A DNA stretch of 64,000 nucleotides from the NCBI RefSeq assembly GCF_009914755.1, contig NC_060931.1. One strand, 5' to 3'. The stretch's first letter is position 1; each line of letters starts with the position of its first letter. Positions 48,149 to 61,019 of the stretch are shown in pieces. The position numbers and the translations under genes were made by a program. The stretch is from the human T2T-CHM13v2.0 reference genome, Homo sapiens. The notes below the pieces were generated by a model that saw nothing but the letters and a program-made list of their open reading frames with translations, searched no databases and was not told the DNA's origin.

Positions 48149-48514
48149 CATTGTCTTACTAGCACAGAATTCTAGTTCCCATCTTAATCACTTCATTCAT
48201 TTTGTCCTTTTCACCCGGAACGGTATGCCCCCCTACTTCACTCCCTATTCAGGTTCTAAGGAAATATTTGCCTTAAAGATTCACCTTAAGCTGTATCTGA
48301 AAGCTTTTATATACTTCAAGTGGTAAAGAGTTCTGCCCCCTCTTGTAATGGTCATATGACCATTACCAAATATCTGTTGATCAAACACAAAGCCTAAATC
48401 ATAGAATAGTGAAATGAATAGTTTTAATCATCTTAATCAAATTAACGTGATTTCTCTATAGCTTCAATTAGTATCCAATGCCAGTCAATCAATATTCCTC
48501 CCCATTAGTATAAC

Positions 48515-48680
48515 TCAGAGATTCTCAAAATTAGCTGCTTTTCAAAATCAACGATGAAGCTTATAGAAGAATGGATATCTGGACCCCTCCCTAAGACTGT
48601 GATTCAGGAATTCTGGAAAAAAATAATCTAGTTTCAAGTAGCTCCACAGGTGTTTCTGATATCCACCCGGGGCCAGGTCA
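48515..48680 (+). mobile_element. MER5B-like MITE
   Basis: cagagattctcaaaattagctgc...ctgtgattcaggaattctgg...gctccacaggtgtttctgat. Confidence 0.6.
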
Positions 48681-48896
48681 TAGTAGTTCCAGCTGAGTGC
48701 TTAGTAATTGACCCACAAGTGTGTCAGGCCATGAGGAGTCAAAGAAGCCATCCTAACAACAAGAGATTTAGGGTGATCTGCAGATTAAACCACAAAGCAA
48801 AAAGTTTTCCTTTACATGCCAAATTCCGCAGCCCCTGCAGATCCAATAATTCATAATAATTTCTTTGTAGATACAGTTACAAACTGACAACTGGAG

Positions 48897-49050
48897 CCAG
48901 GGGTTCCCAGTTGTGACAGCACCCAGAATAATCTGGAAGCAAACATAGGTACACTGACCCACTGAACTGGAAACTCTGGGAATGGGAACTGGAGATCTAC
49001 ATTTTTCAAATCTCCAGGTGATTGCTTAAAGCAGAAAGGATTGGAAATCT
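48897..49050 (+). mobile_element. MER5-like MITE
   Basis: ccaggggttccc...actgaactggaaactctgggaatgggaactggagatctacattttt...ctccaggtgatt...ttggaaatctct. Confidence 0.55.
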
Positions 49051-49216
49051 CTTTTTAGGTCATTCCAAATTAGTACCTATATTCCCTCTAAGCTACTCAG
49101 ATATTGTCTTTAAAGAACTGCCTGGTCAGTAAGTCTCAACCCAATTCCACTAGAGCTTCCTCATATCAGATCTTCCCAACAGCATTCCAGAAATCCACAT
49201 TTGGAGCTCTAAGACA
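49044..49216 (+). repeat. Local direct repeat, copy 2 (probable source)
   Basis: Shares e.g. aaagaactgcctggtcagtaagtctcaac and ccactagagcttcctcata with 47982-48148. Confidence 0.93.
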
Positions 49217-50363
49217 TAAGGAAATGATAAAGGATTCCTATGAAAGAAGACAAAAACTTGGTTTGCGTTAGCTGATACTCTCATCTTTCCAATGGTCATC
49301 ACAATAATTGCTTAACTAAGTCAGTGTTATGGCACGAGTGTTTGTATATTGTTCTAAAATCTTTCCATTGGCTGTGACTCTAGTGTATTAACCATTCTTC
49401 TTGCCTAGAGATAACCTAATATCTTTGCCATACAGAAGATGAAAAGCAGCTGAAACCTTTAGGCTTCTTTGTGTAAATATATTAGCTGGGGACTCATATC
49501 ATGAACTATCCACTCTTTAAATACCCTTGGAAACTGTTTTGTCTCAATTGCAAAAATCACTATTATGAAGCATCACTTTTTATTATAACACAGTAGATAG
49601 TTTAATGTACAGCAACCAAGAAAAAAAAGGAATATGTTTGCCAGTTGGTATTTTGCCCTTATTATATAAAATTGGAAATGGAAAAGGCAGCCTTGATGAA
49701 AACACTGAAATTCCAGTAAGTAGGATTAGTCATACTTTTTGTGTTCCAGGGTTAGATTTCAAACGGCAAGTAAAAATTCCCTGAGCTACCAGTGGAGGCA
49801 AACACTCTCAAATTAAAATAAAAAGGACTACACATATTTACAAGAGCCAAAGCTAGAATGAGTAACGTTTGACATTTGGAAGGCTGGAATTGCAGCAAAC
49901 AGCTCTCTCCCCGAGGAGAAACTTCTCACCAAATAGTTGGCTCATTGTGGTATCTAGCTTTCTTTGAAACAGCAAGCCTAAAATCTTCAGGGAGAAGGCA
50001 AATTAATGAAAACCACTTTGGCTTAACGCCTCACAGGCTGGGAACTGTTGTAATCAAGTCAAAAAGCACAGGCCAACTGAGTTTTAAATTATACACTGGT
50101 GGGAGAAACTGGAAAGACATCAATGATAACAGATTGCTTACAGGCCTGGGGCCCCTCTTGTAGCCTCACTCACTCAGTGAGTGTCTTGGGGCTTTTCACT
50201 TCCACCATTAATAAGATCTCTTTGCTTGGGAGGTAACACTTGGACATCCTTTGTTTTGTACATTAGGATAGCAGCCATATTAACAGCAGCAACATTTTTT
50301 CAACATAAACATAACAGCAAATAGGTAATAGGATGAGTCAAGGATCAAAACATGTGCACTGTC

Positions 50364-50658
50364 GGCCAGACACAGTAGCTCATGCCTGTAATCCCAGCAC
50401 TTTGGGAGGCTGAGGTGAGCCGATCACGAGATCAGGATATCGAGACCATCCTGGCCAACATGGTGAAACTTCGTCTCTACTAAAAGTACAAAAATTAGCT
50501 GGACGTGGTGGTGGGCTCCTATAGTCCCAGCTACTCAGGAGGCTGAGGCAGGAGAATCGCTTGAACCCAGGAGGCAGAGGTTGCATTGCAGTGAGCTGAG
50601 ATCGCGCCACTGTACTGCAGCCGGGCAACAGAGCGAGACTCCATCTAAAAAAAAAAAA
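50364..50658 (+). mobile_element. Alu (AluSc-like)
   Basis: Full dimer; TSD gtgcactgtc on both sides. Confidence 0.93.
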
Positions 50659-51252
50659 GTGCACTGTCACCCACATAATTCACAGGGACAAAGAGACAGA
50701 GAGGCAGAGGGAGAAATAGGGCAGACTTTCAGAAGTCCTAAACATGAACTAAAATACTAAGGTTTATACATATTCTTTATATCTCATAATCTTTCAGAGT
50801 ATGTAATCTTACTTTGATTATGTAACCATAATCTTTCAGAGCAGTGGAGTATAAAATAACTGTTGCAGATTATTAACTTTCTTTAAATGCCAATGGCAAA
50901 AGTTAGCGTTTACGAGTTTTTCTTCCAAACCATCTATGCACCTCAAATAATCTCTTTGGAAGCCATAACATCTCTTTACAGCTCACGTAGGAAATTCAAC
51001 TTCTCCTAAACCCCTCCCATTCAGATGAGCGCTGGGTAAAAGCTCCTAGGAGGCCTTTGGCTAGGTCAGCTGCCTTGCCCTATTCTGCTCAGCTGGGTGG
51101 TGTTTGTGTCTTTCCACAAAATGGATAAAGACAAGAACCGATTGCCCACCCTATCTAACAGTCTCACAGCTTCAAGGAGTTTCCTGATGGCCCACTGCTC
51201 CTAACATGTTTCTCCTACCAAGTCAGTCTATGACAGTAGTTCAGCAAAGACC

Positions 51253-51675
51253 CTTTTATTACTTTATTGTGGCTGCTGTAACAAAGTATCACAAAATGGG
51301 TGGCTTAGACAACAGAAATTCATTGTATCACAGCGCTGTGGAGGCTAGAAGTCAGAGATAAGGCATTGGCGGAGTTAGTTCCTTCTGAGGGCTGTGAGAG
51401 AAGGATCTGTTGCAGTCCTCTCTCCCTGGCTTGGAGACAGTCATCTTCTCCTGGTGTCTCTTCACATTGCCTTTCCTCTATGCATATCTCTTTGTTCAAA
51501 TTTCCCCCTGTTGATCAGACACCAGTCGTGACGGATTAGGGCCAGTCCTAATGACCCCATTTTAATTTGATTACCTCTGTAAAGACTTTGCCTTGAAATA
51601 AGGTCACATTTTGAAGGACTAGGGGTTAGGATTTCCATATATAAACTTCAGGGGTACCAAATTCAGGCCATAACA
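51253..51675 (-). mobile_element. MLT1B-like solo LTR
   Basis: ggctgctgtaacaaagtatcacaaaatgggtggcttagacaacagaaatt ... aaataaggtcacatttt ... aattcaggccataaca. Confidence 0.85.
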
Positions 51676-54052
51676 ACCATCTATTCATTCTTATATGGTG
51701 AACACTGCTGACAACATTAAGGTCAATTTGCACTCTGAGAAGCAAGGATGCCAAACCCACTGGGCCATGTGTCAGCTCATGAATAGTTTGCAAGAAGCTA
51801 CTATAATTCTCACAAACTAGTATCCTGTGATGCTAAGTGAAATTCATTACAATCAGGTCACCTATAAAACACTTTTCTTCTAAATGTATGTGTGGTTTAC
51901 TGTACGATAATATGAAAGAGTCAAACTAAAACCACACCTGGTAATAATCTGTGAATACAGCAACTTTGGCTTTTTCTTCAATCATCCTCTGCCGAGGTAT
52001 TTATCCAGTTTCATTCTCCATTTCATGCATTTAACAATGAGACAATAATATAGCCTTATCCACCCTGTATCATAGGTCATCAAATCCTCTGTCTTTCCTA
52101 GCCACCACAACCACAAATTCAACAACCAATAATATGCCTATGTCCTTAGTAACACTGTTTTCCTTAAAAAGAATTCCACCACCATCCTGCTAAAAGATCC
52201 CCAACCCAGTTCACAAAGGTTGTGTCACTGTGCTTCATCACCCTGATGACAATAAGGTTGAAATCTCCTCTTATAAACCCCTTGTCTTGAGGCATAACTC
52301 AATTGATCCTATGAGGAACAGGGATATACTCTTTGAATAGACTGTAAACCCAATCACAGAAAGTGTCTTCCTCTCCAAAGAAACTAGTTTGACCTAAAAA
52401 CCCAAAGCCCACATAGATAGACCTACCATGTTCTGTTAGAAAAATAAATTCAACGGAAGTGTTCTAAGATTGCCAGATGCACAGGATAAGACATCACTTA
52501 AAAAACAAAGGATCCATCATTGCCTGAGATCTCACTTTAAAGGCAGAATTGCCTTTACTTGAGTCTGCTTTCCTTAGCTAATCCAAAGTAGCCAAGGTAT
52601 AAAATTGAACCATATAAATCATATGTGTTAAAATCATCAATAACTGTCAACTTCATGTGGCTCAGCCTAATTCCATGCTTCATTCATTAATTCAATTCTT
52701 TCAAAAATCCTTTATTAAGTGCTTTCCATTCCTAGGTCTCTATCCTCGGTGTGCATAAATCTACATAAGTAGAGTTTTCAACACAGTTAAGGAAAAAACC
52801 ACTTCTGGCTATGAGATCTGAAGTTATCCTTCCTCTGTAAACAACTAAGAAGCAGAACAAAATACAGGAAATAACTATTTTCAGACATTGGACAACAGGC
52901 AACAGAGAACTGTGATCCCAGACAGAAAGGAAATAGAGTGCTATGACTGCCCAGGTTCTTTGCCTAAAGGCAATTTCTGAACTGCTGAGCAAGGAGGGGA
53001 AACCCAAACTGCAATCTCACTGAGTGGAGGAAACAAAGATGAGATTCAGGAGGATAAGGTGGCTTTAATTTACATGCCAGAATACCCGAAAAAACTGGAG
53101 CTGATACAGAGAAAGAGTTCTAGAAATCAGCATAGAAGAACTCTAGAATCTATGTCTGATTATCAATATGCACTTGTAGAGTGTGAAACACCCTAAGGTA
53201 CGGCAAATAATGACTTCTGAGGAAAGAAAATGTACTGAGGAGTTATAAGCCAAACAATTCTTAGAGCTCATAAAAGGCCAGGAATAGTTTGAGTTTCCAC
53301 CAGTGAGAATACAAAGTCCTCATGGGATACATGTAGCAGCCAATGAAGACCACAGAAGGGCCAACCTAAAAAGTGAGTTTAAATTACCTCTAGTATAAAG
53401 ACGACTCCAGCTATGCCCTTAAAAACTCTTTTTAAAAGATTCAAACAGATAAATCTTGTCTGCCACATGCTCCAGATGAAAACAACTAGATATAAGAAGA
53501 AGCAGAAAAATATGGACCAAAACCAAAAAAAAAAATTAGTCAATAGAAACATAGATGAAAAATATATCTGAGATGAAAATATCACTAGATGGAATCAATA
53601 GCAGATTAGAAGCTTCAGGAGAAAAGATTCGTGAATTCAAAGACAGCAGTAGAAATTAGGCAAAATGAAGCATAGAGAAAAATTACTAAAAAAAAATTTA
53701 CAGAGCTCAGCGATCTGTGAAAGAACATTAAGAACTTTAACACAAGTAAAACTGGAGTTCCAAAAGGAGAAAGAAGTGAATAGAAACAAATTTTTAAGAA
53801 ATAATGGTTGAAAATATTCCATAATTGAAAACTGTAAATGCACAAAGAGGCTCAGCAAACCTCAACCAAGAAAAATACAAAAACGTAAAAAAAACACACA
53901 CACAAAACACTACAGAACAATATAACCACATTGCTTAAAGGCAGTAAAAAGAGAAAATCTTTAAAAAACAGCCTGAGGAAAGAAAACACATTAAATACAG
54001 AGAAACGAAGATAAAAATACCACAGATCTTTCTTACTTCAGAAACTATGCAA

Positions 54053-54442
54053 CCTCTGTTTTCACTTATTTGTGGGATCTAAGAGTAAAAACAATTGAAT
54101 TCAGAAGAATGGTTACCAGAGGCTGGGAAGGGTAGTTGGGGGAAGAGGGGAAGGTAGGGGATGGTTAATGGGTACAAAAAACGGTAAGAATGAGTAAGAC
54201 CTAGTATTTGATATCACAACAGGGTGACTATACTCAATAATAATTTAAATTGTACACTTAAAAATAACTAAAAGTATATGACTGGATTGTTTGTAACACA
54301 AAGGATAAATGCTAGAGGGGACGGATACTCCATTTTCCATGATGTGATCATTACATATTGCATGCCTGTATCAAAACATCTCATGTATCCCATAAATATG
54401 CATACCTACTATGAACCCATAAAAATTAAAAATTTAAAAAAA
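54053..54442 (+). mobile_element. L1MA1-3-like 3' end inserted in the older L1
   Basis: gtaacacaaaggataaatgct...gtatcaaaacatctcatgtatcccataaatat; exact 13-bp TSD agaaactatgcaa (54040-54052 / 54443-54455). Confidence 0.9.
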
Positions 54443-54509
54443 AGAAACTATGCAAGCCAGAGGACAAAAGAACAGCATCTTAAAGTACTGAAAGAAGAAA
54501 TAAATGTCC

Positions 54510-55655
54510 TCAGACAACGAAAGCAAAAATAGACAAAGGGAATACATCAAGCCTAAAATCTTTGGTTCATCAAAAGACACAGTCAACAGATTGAAAAGGC
54601 AACCTATGGAATAGGAAAAATATTTGCAAATCAGGTATCTGATAAGGAGTTAATATCCGGAATACATAAAGAACTCCTGCATCCTTCAAAAGTGAAAAAA
54701 GAACAAAATTAAATATTTAGAAAATTAAAATAGAAAGAATTATTACAGCTCAACAGCAAAAAAAAAAATCAATAACCCAATTAAAAATGGGCAAAGGACT
54801 TGAGTAGACATTTATCTGAAGATAACACACAAATGGCAAACCAAGCATATGGAAAAATATTCACCATCACTGATCAGCAGAGAAATGCTAATCAAAACCG
54901 CAATGAGGTATCATCTCAAAGCCATTAGGATGGCTACTATGAAAACAAAAACAAGAAAACAAAATAACAAATGTTGGCAGGAAAGTGAAGAAGTTGGAAC
55001 CTTTGTGCACTACTGGTAGGATTATTTAATGGTGCAATAGCTTTGGAACAGTATGGCAGTTCCTCAGAAAATTAAAAATAGAACTACCATATGGTCCAGC
55101 AATCCCATTTCTGGGTATATCTACACAAGAATTGAAAGCAGGGCCTCAAAGAGATATTTGCATACACATGTTCATAACAACACTATGCAATAACCAAAAG
55201 GAAGAAGCAACCCAAGTGTCTGTTGACAGATGAGTAAATGAATAAAATGTGACATATACATAAAATGAAATACTAGGCAGCCTTTAAAAGGGAGGAAGTT
55301 TTATCACATATTGCAACATGCATGAACCTGGAGAATATTATGCTAAGTGAAATAAGTAAACCACAAAATGACAAACACTGCATGATTCTACTTATATGAA
55401 GTTTATAAAGTAATCAAATTCATAGAAATAAAAAATAAAATGGTGGTTACCAGAGGCTACAGGGAGCATAAAGAGGGAAGTTGTTTAATGAGTACAGAGC
55501 TTCAGTTCTGCAAGATAAAAAGGTTCTGGAAATCTGTTTTACAATAATGTAAATATACTTAAAACTATTACACTGTACACTTAAAAATGAATTGTGTACT
55601 TTAAAAAGGTTAAGATGGTAAAGTTTATGATGTATGGTCTTTATAATAAAACAGA
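54510..55655 (+). mobile_element. L1MB-like 3' portion
   Basis: aaaaggcaacctatggaataggaaaaatatttgcaaat...gtttaatgagtacagagcttcagttctgcaagataaaaaggttctgga...ggttaagatggtaaagtttatg. Confidence 0.85.
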
Positions 55656-56375
55656 ATAAATACCAATCTATAATTCTATACCTAGTGAAAATATTTTTTA
55701 GAAATGAAGGCAAAATGAAGGTTTTTTAGAGAAACATGAAAACTAAGAAAATTCAACACCTAACCTGCATTGTAAGAAACATTAAAGGATGTTCTTCAGG
55801 CAGAAGGAAAATTGTACCACATGGAAATTTTAATCCACACAAAGGAATAAAGAGTGACAGAAATAGTAAATATATTGGTAATTAAAACTCTTTTTTCTCA
55901 CTTTTTAATTTATTTAAAGATAATTGACTAAACATAAACAGTAAGTATATGTAGAATCTTTAATATACGCAGAGATTAAATGTATGACAATAGCATCAAG
56001 GATGGAAGAGGAAAATGAAAGTACATTGTTAAAGATTTATACATTATATATGAAGCTGTATGATATTATTTGAAAGTTGACTGTGGTGAGTTGTAAGTAT
56101 GCATATTTTAAGGCCTAGAATAATTTCCAAAAATATAAAACAAAGAGGTATAGCTAATAAGCCAGCAGTGAAGATAAAACTAAATCCTGAAAAGTGCTCA
56201 GTTAATCCAAAAGAAGGCAGAGAGAAAGGAAAATGAGCAAATGGTGCAAATAAAAATCAAATACCATAATACTATGTTTAAAACCAATCATGCCACCATT
56301 TACATTAAATATAAATAATCTAAGCACTCCAATTAAAAGGCAGAGATTGTCAGCCCAGATAAAAAAGTGAAATTC

Positions 56376-56682
56376 AGCTGGACGTGGTGGTTCACGCCTA
56401 TAATCCCAGCACTGTGGGAGGCCAAGGCAGGTGGATCACCTGAGGTCGGGAGTTCGAGACCAGCCTGACCAACATGGAGAAACCCCATCTCTACTAAAAT
56501 TACAAAATTAGCCGAGTGTGGTGGCACATGCCTGTAATCCCAGCTACTCAGGAGGCTGAGACAGGAGAATTGCTTGAACTCAGAAGGCGGAGGTTGTGGA
56601 TGAGCTAAGATCGCGCCATTGCACTCCAGCCTGGGCAACAAAAGCGAAACTCCGTCTTAAAAACAAAAACAAAAACAAAAAA
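56376..56682 (+). mobile_element. AluSp
   Basis: ggtcgggagttcgagaccagcctgaccaacatggagaaacccc; (CAAAAA)n tail; TSD aaaaaagtgaaattca / aaaaaagcacaattca. Confidence 0.93.
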
Positions 56683-57618
56683 GCACAATTCAACTATATG
56701 GTACCAAGAAACTCCTCTAAAATATAATAATACAGATGGTATAAAATAAAAGGAGGGTAACAGAGCTACCATGCACAGCTATGCATGAGACAGCTGCAAT
56801 TTCTGTATTAATATTAGAATGGCTGTAACTGCCAATATTAGCCAAGTATCACCAAGGCTTTTGCCTCATTCTGTTCTATTAATGTGATGCCTGCTTCTAC
56901 TCACATTGCTGCTATTCGGCCTGGCCCAAGCGCTAAGGTTCCACCCTGAACTCCCTAGGCCCTAGTGGACTTCACTCAGATCCAGGCCTCATTCCACTGC
57001 AGGGTCCTGTGAGGCCACTCTGCCCCTGTCATAGCCACATGTCTTCTTGGTTAAAATCAGAACCAGCCCCATGTAAGTCAAATTCTCCATCTGTTCCCAA
57101 ACCAACCTTTCTTCTCCAGCCCAAGTTATTGAACTCTAGGTCAAAACCCATGTGGCTTTATTCCAAGTAGCATCTGAGTGCTGCCATGCTGCATAAAAGC
57201 AGGCTGCAGCAGGAATTAGTTTCTGCTTCCACCACATGGAAAGACGGAAGGGCTCCATCTTTTGCCCGACATTGCTCAATTTCTCCACACAGGAAAATTG
57301 ACACCAGTATCATCTTTTGGAATGAACATTCTTTAAAACTAAGCGTTTACCTTCTTGTGTCCATAGTAGGGAGCATGATTTACTTGTACTATATAGAACT
57401 TTGCATTTTTTAGAACAGTTACAGACATTTGTATCTTTTCTGGTGTCCTCTGAGATTAAGAGTAACAGGCAGTAGAGTCAGACTGCCAGGGTTTAAGTAC
57501 TACTTAACCTTATCACTATCACTGACTAGCTATGTAGACTTTGGCTAGTTACTCAAACTAAGTTTAAGCTACTTGTAGAGTAGTGCGTGAATAGACTTTC
57601 AATTAAAGTAGAGATATG

Positions 57619-57876
57619 CGCCTGTAATCTCAGCACTTTGGGAGGCCAAAGTGAGTGGACCACGTCAGGTCAGGAGTTCAAGACCAGCCTGGCCAACCAC
57701 TAAAACTACAAAAATTAGCCGGGCGTGGTGGCACGTGCCTGTAATCCCAGCTACTTGGGAGGCTGAGGTAGGAGAATCACTTGAACTCAGGAGGCAGGGG
57801 TTGCAGTGAGCTCAGATCATGCCATTGCACTCTAGCCTGGACAAGAAGAGTGAAATTCTATCTCAAAAATAATACT
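57619..57876 (+). mobile_element. 5'-truncated AluS with internal deletion, in MIR context
   Basis: Starts cgcctgtaatc; lacks atggtgaaaccccgtctct; TSD aagtagagatatg / aagtagaaatatg. Confidence 0.9.
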
Positions 57877-58034
57877 AAGTAGAAATATGAAACTCAGAAG
57901 TATTATACAAGGTACCTGAAGTCACCTAAAGAAGGGTAGATCGTGGATTACAATTCCAAGATTTTTCATGTATTTTGGCATCACTTCTCACCAACTCCAC
58001 TGCTACTACTCTAGCATCATCTCTTGCAAAGCAT

Positions 58035-58636
58035 ATTAGACAGCTTTTAAAGTGGCTTGCAATGACTCCCATCTCCTGGTATTCACATCCTTGTGCAATT
58101 CCTTCCCCTTGAGTGTGTGCTGAACTTAATGATTTGTTTCTAACAAGTAGAATATGGCAAAGCTAAGGGGATATCACTTCTGAGTGGGCTTTGAAAGACT
58201 GTGGCCCCCATCTTATGCATGCTTTCTCTTTCCCTGGCTCTTACTGCTTGCTCACTTGCTTGCTCTCCTGAAATAAGCTGCCATGTTGTAAGTTGCCTTA
58301 CAATGTCCCTAAGAGGTACATTTGGCCAGAAAGTGAGGGTGGTCTCCAATTAATATCTAGAAAAAAAACCAAAGCCCTCAGTCTAACAACCCACGAGGAA
58401 CTGGCTTCCACACGAGTAAGCATAAAAGTGAATATTGCCCTAATTAAGCCTTGAGAAAACTACAGCCTTGGCTGACACCTTGATTGCCACTTACAAGAGA
58501 CGCTGCACCAGATCACCCAATTAAACCTTGCCCAAATTCTTGACTCACAAACCGTGAGATAATAAATGTTCGTTGTCTGAACATGTGTTGAAAAGTTTGG
58601 GGGTAACTTGTTACACAGCGCTAGATAACTAATGCG
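58035..58636 (+). mobile_element. MLT1F-like solo LTR
   Basis: aatgactcccatctcctggtattcacatccttgtgcaattccttccccttgagtgtg ... ggggtaacttgttacacagcgctagataactaatgc. Confidence 0.85.
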
Positions 58637-58639
58637 TGA

Positions 58640-59230
58640 AAATTATAGCAATAGCCTTCTAATGTTTCCTTACTTCTACTATTACCTTTCCAGAGTACAG
58701 AGACTTATGCTTTTAAACAAGTCTGATAAAGTCATCTTTCAGCTCAAAACCCTGCAATGAGTCCCTCCTTTTCAGAGTAAAGGTAAAAATCCTTACAAGA
58801 CCTAAAAGATCCTAAGACTCCCCTTTGCTGTGACTTCAAATCTCACTACTCACTTGCTTGCACCCCCACCCCACAGGTTTCTTTACTGTTCCTCACATGT
58901 GCCGGGTGTGTTCACACATTGGCTTTTGCATTGGCTTTCCCCTTTCTCTGAAATCCTCTTTCCCCAGATATCCATACATCTAACTCCCTTGCCTGTTTCA
59001 ATTGTTTAATCACCTGTTATCTTCTCAATGAGTTCTAACCTGACCATCATATTATAAATTGCCTATATCTTCTCTTTCCCCATTCTACTTTTCTTTATCC
59101 ACGGCATGTATCATCTTCTAATTTGATATATATTTTACTTATTTATTATGCTATTGTTAATAGTCTTTCCTCCAAAAATAATGTAGTCTCCAAGAGGAGA
59201 GAGAACTTTGCCTTTTTTCTTCTGTATTAG
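58640..59230 (+). mobile_element. L2 3' region
   Basis: gctcaaaaccctgcaatgagtccc...cagagtaaaggtaaaaatccttaca...tctttccccagatatccat...ctaactcc. Confidence 0.75.
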
Positions 59231-60345
59231 AAGATAACTAAATTAACTACCCCGCTCTCAGTAATAATCTAGAAGGAGTTTTTTCCCATACAAAGATGAT
59301 TATAACCCACTTTTAGCATGTAAAAATACTTAACATGGACTTAATACATTATTTGTTATCATTACTCTTTATTTAAAGTCACAGTTTTCAAGATTTTCAA
59401 AGTGCTGATGAGATTTTATAGTGCCAAGACAGGGGTTACAGTGATCACCAAGCAAAGGCAAATCATGCCTGCTGTGACCATCTTCGCAAGGACCTTCTAT
59501 CAAGACACCAAAACTTTAGAAGTAAAAATAGGAAAATTAACTTAAAAAACAAAAACGCTGATATAAACTAAAAGCATGAATGGCATTTCCTTATTCAACA
59601 TATTAAACAAAGTAAAAGCTTCCAAACTCTCATATAAGAATACATGATAAGAAATATTTGGCTGCCAAATGAGTTTTATACTATTACATACCTCCTTTGT
59701 TCTATGGAAGTATGAAATAGACCTGAGGCATCCTTTATATTTATCAGAACTTGATTAGTAAGCAGCAATTCTATTTCTTTGTTCAGTTTTTATGGGCTTA
59801 TATCATACTTTGATCCTAAAACAAATTCCCTAGTAAGAGAAGCAGGATTCAGCTTGTCAGGTGCCCACAAATAAAGGCCTTTTTTATTTCCTTCTTAGTT
59901 GAAAGGCTTTCCCTCAACTGTGGTTAGCAACCTCATTCCCAAGGCAGCCTTTGTGTCCAAGTAGGAGTTGTGTATGTTACCTCCAAGCATGCAAAGTGCA
60001 ACGATCCCCCACTGTCTGTGTTAATGGGCTGCAAAGCTTAACAGTCCCAGATGAAGCAACATTTTTGCGTTTTTACACTTGAAACTTGGCCTTGTAATGC
60101 ACCTCCATCTCCTGCCTGCCCTTTCCCTCCTACCCAGGTGCACAAGCCTGTGTGTGCACACACACCCACATACACCTACACACACACACTGAAGTATTCT
60201 TTTCCAAAGCTGCCCTTGAACTCTCTTACAATTTTCTAGCTGTATGACAAGAGAGAACAAAATACATTGAATGTCTTATACTTAATTTTTAAAAGCTGAT
60301 CCAAATGCTGTCTGGGCCCAGCCACAGTCATTGAACACACGCACA

Positions 60346-60346
<1 letters not shown>

Positions 60347-60382
<36 letters not shown>
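60347..60382 (+). repeat. (AC)18 microsatellite; degenerate CA tract also at 60148-60190
   Basis: Direct read. Confidence 0.95.
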
Positions 60383-60384
<2 letters not shown>

Positions 60385-60414
60385 CACAGAGCATTTTTAG
60401 TTTGACAAGAGAAG

Positions 60415-60605
60415 GGGACGTCAAAGGCTTGTCCCCAGAGACAGCTATTTATAAAAGACATCAAATTAATGTAACATGAGTCAATGGAGTCCACACGTTT
60501 CTTGGACTAAACAACTTGTGGGGGCCTGTGATGAGATCCAGGACACTGACGGCTGAGCAGGGGATGGCTCCGCCAACACCACTGACTCAGCTGCACATCA
60601 AAGGG
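60415..60605. promoter_or_regulatory. Candidate enhancer motif cluster (MEF2/TATA, 2x AP-1, E-box, TCF/LEF)
   Basis: CTATTTATAA 60445-60454, TGAGTCA 60477-60483, TGACTCAGC 60583-60591, CAGCTG 60588-60593, ACATCAAAGG 60595-60604; motif matches only. Confidence 0.35.
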
Positions 60606-61019
60606 ATTTGTTGCTTGGATGTATGGGCAGATCTGCCCTGGAGGCTTCTCCCAGAGCTGTCCTCTTTGAATCCAGAGCAGCCCCTGCCCCCAGCAGTGCA
60701 CATGTAGGTGAGGGAAGGGTGGAAAAAAGGCGAAGGGGGAAGCACAGGCATGATGGAGAGAGCAGCCTCCACATTATCCTTGAGAACAGGTCCCACCCGG
60801 CTGCTCAGTCCCAAGAACTTGCCTTGGCCTTTTCTTTGTCCTTCATGGCCACTACCCCTTCTACCAGGAACATTACCCTTCAGGCTGAACTTTCAACTAT
60901 TCCAAAAATATTTATTGGGAGCTTTGTGTGTGTTTGCGGGTTGGGGGCACAGAAGGAAACAAGACAGCCCAGGTTCCTGTTCCCATGGAGCAATCTCACA
61001 ACTTGGCAGTTAGCTGCAA

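Larger units (their letters stand above)
52795..56820 (+). mobile_element. Ancient L1M (MC/MD-like) 5' region, ORF1 and start of ORF2, with nested younger L1 3' fragments and AluSp
   Basis: acttctggctatga 5' start; ORF1-like tcactagatggaatcaatagcagattaga, gaaataatggttgaaaatattcc; ORF2 start tacattaaatataaataatctaagcactccaattaaaaggcagagattgtcag. Confidence 0.75.
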
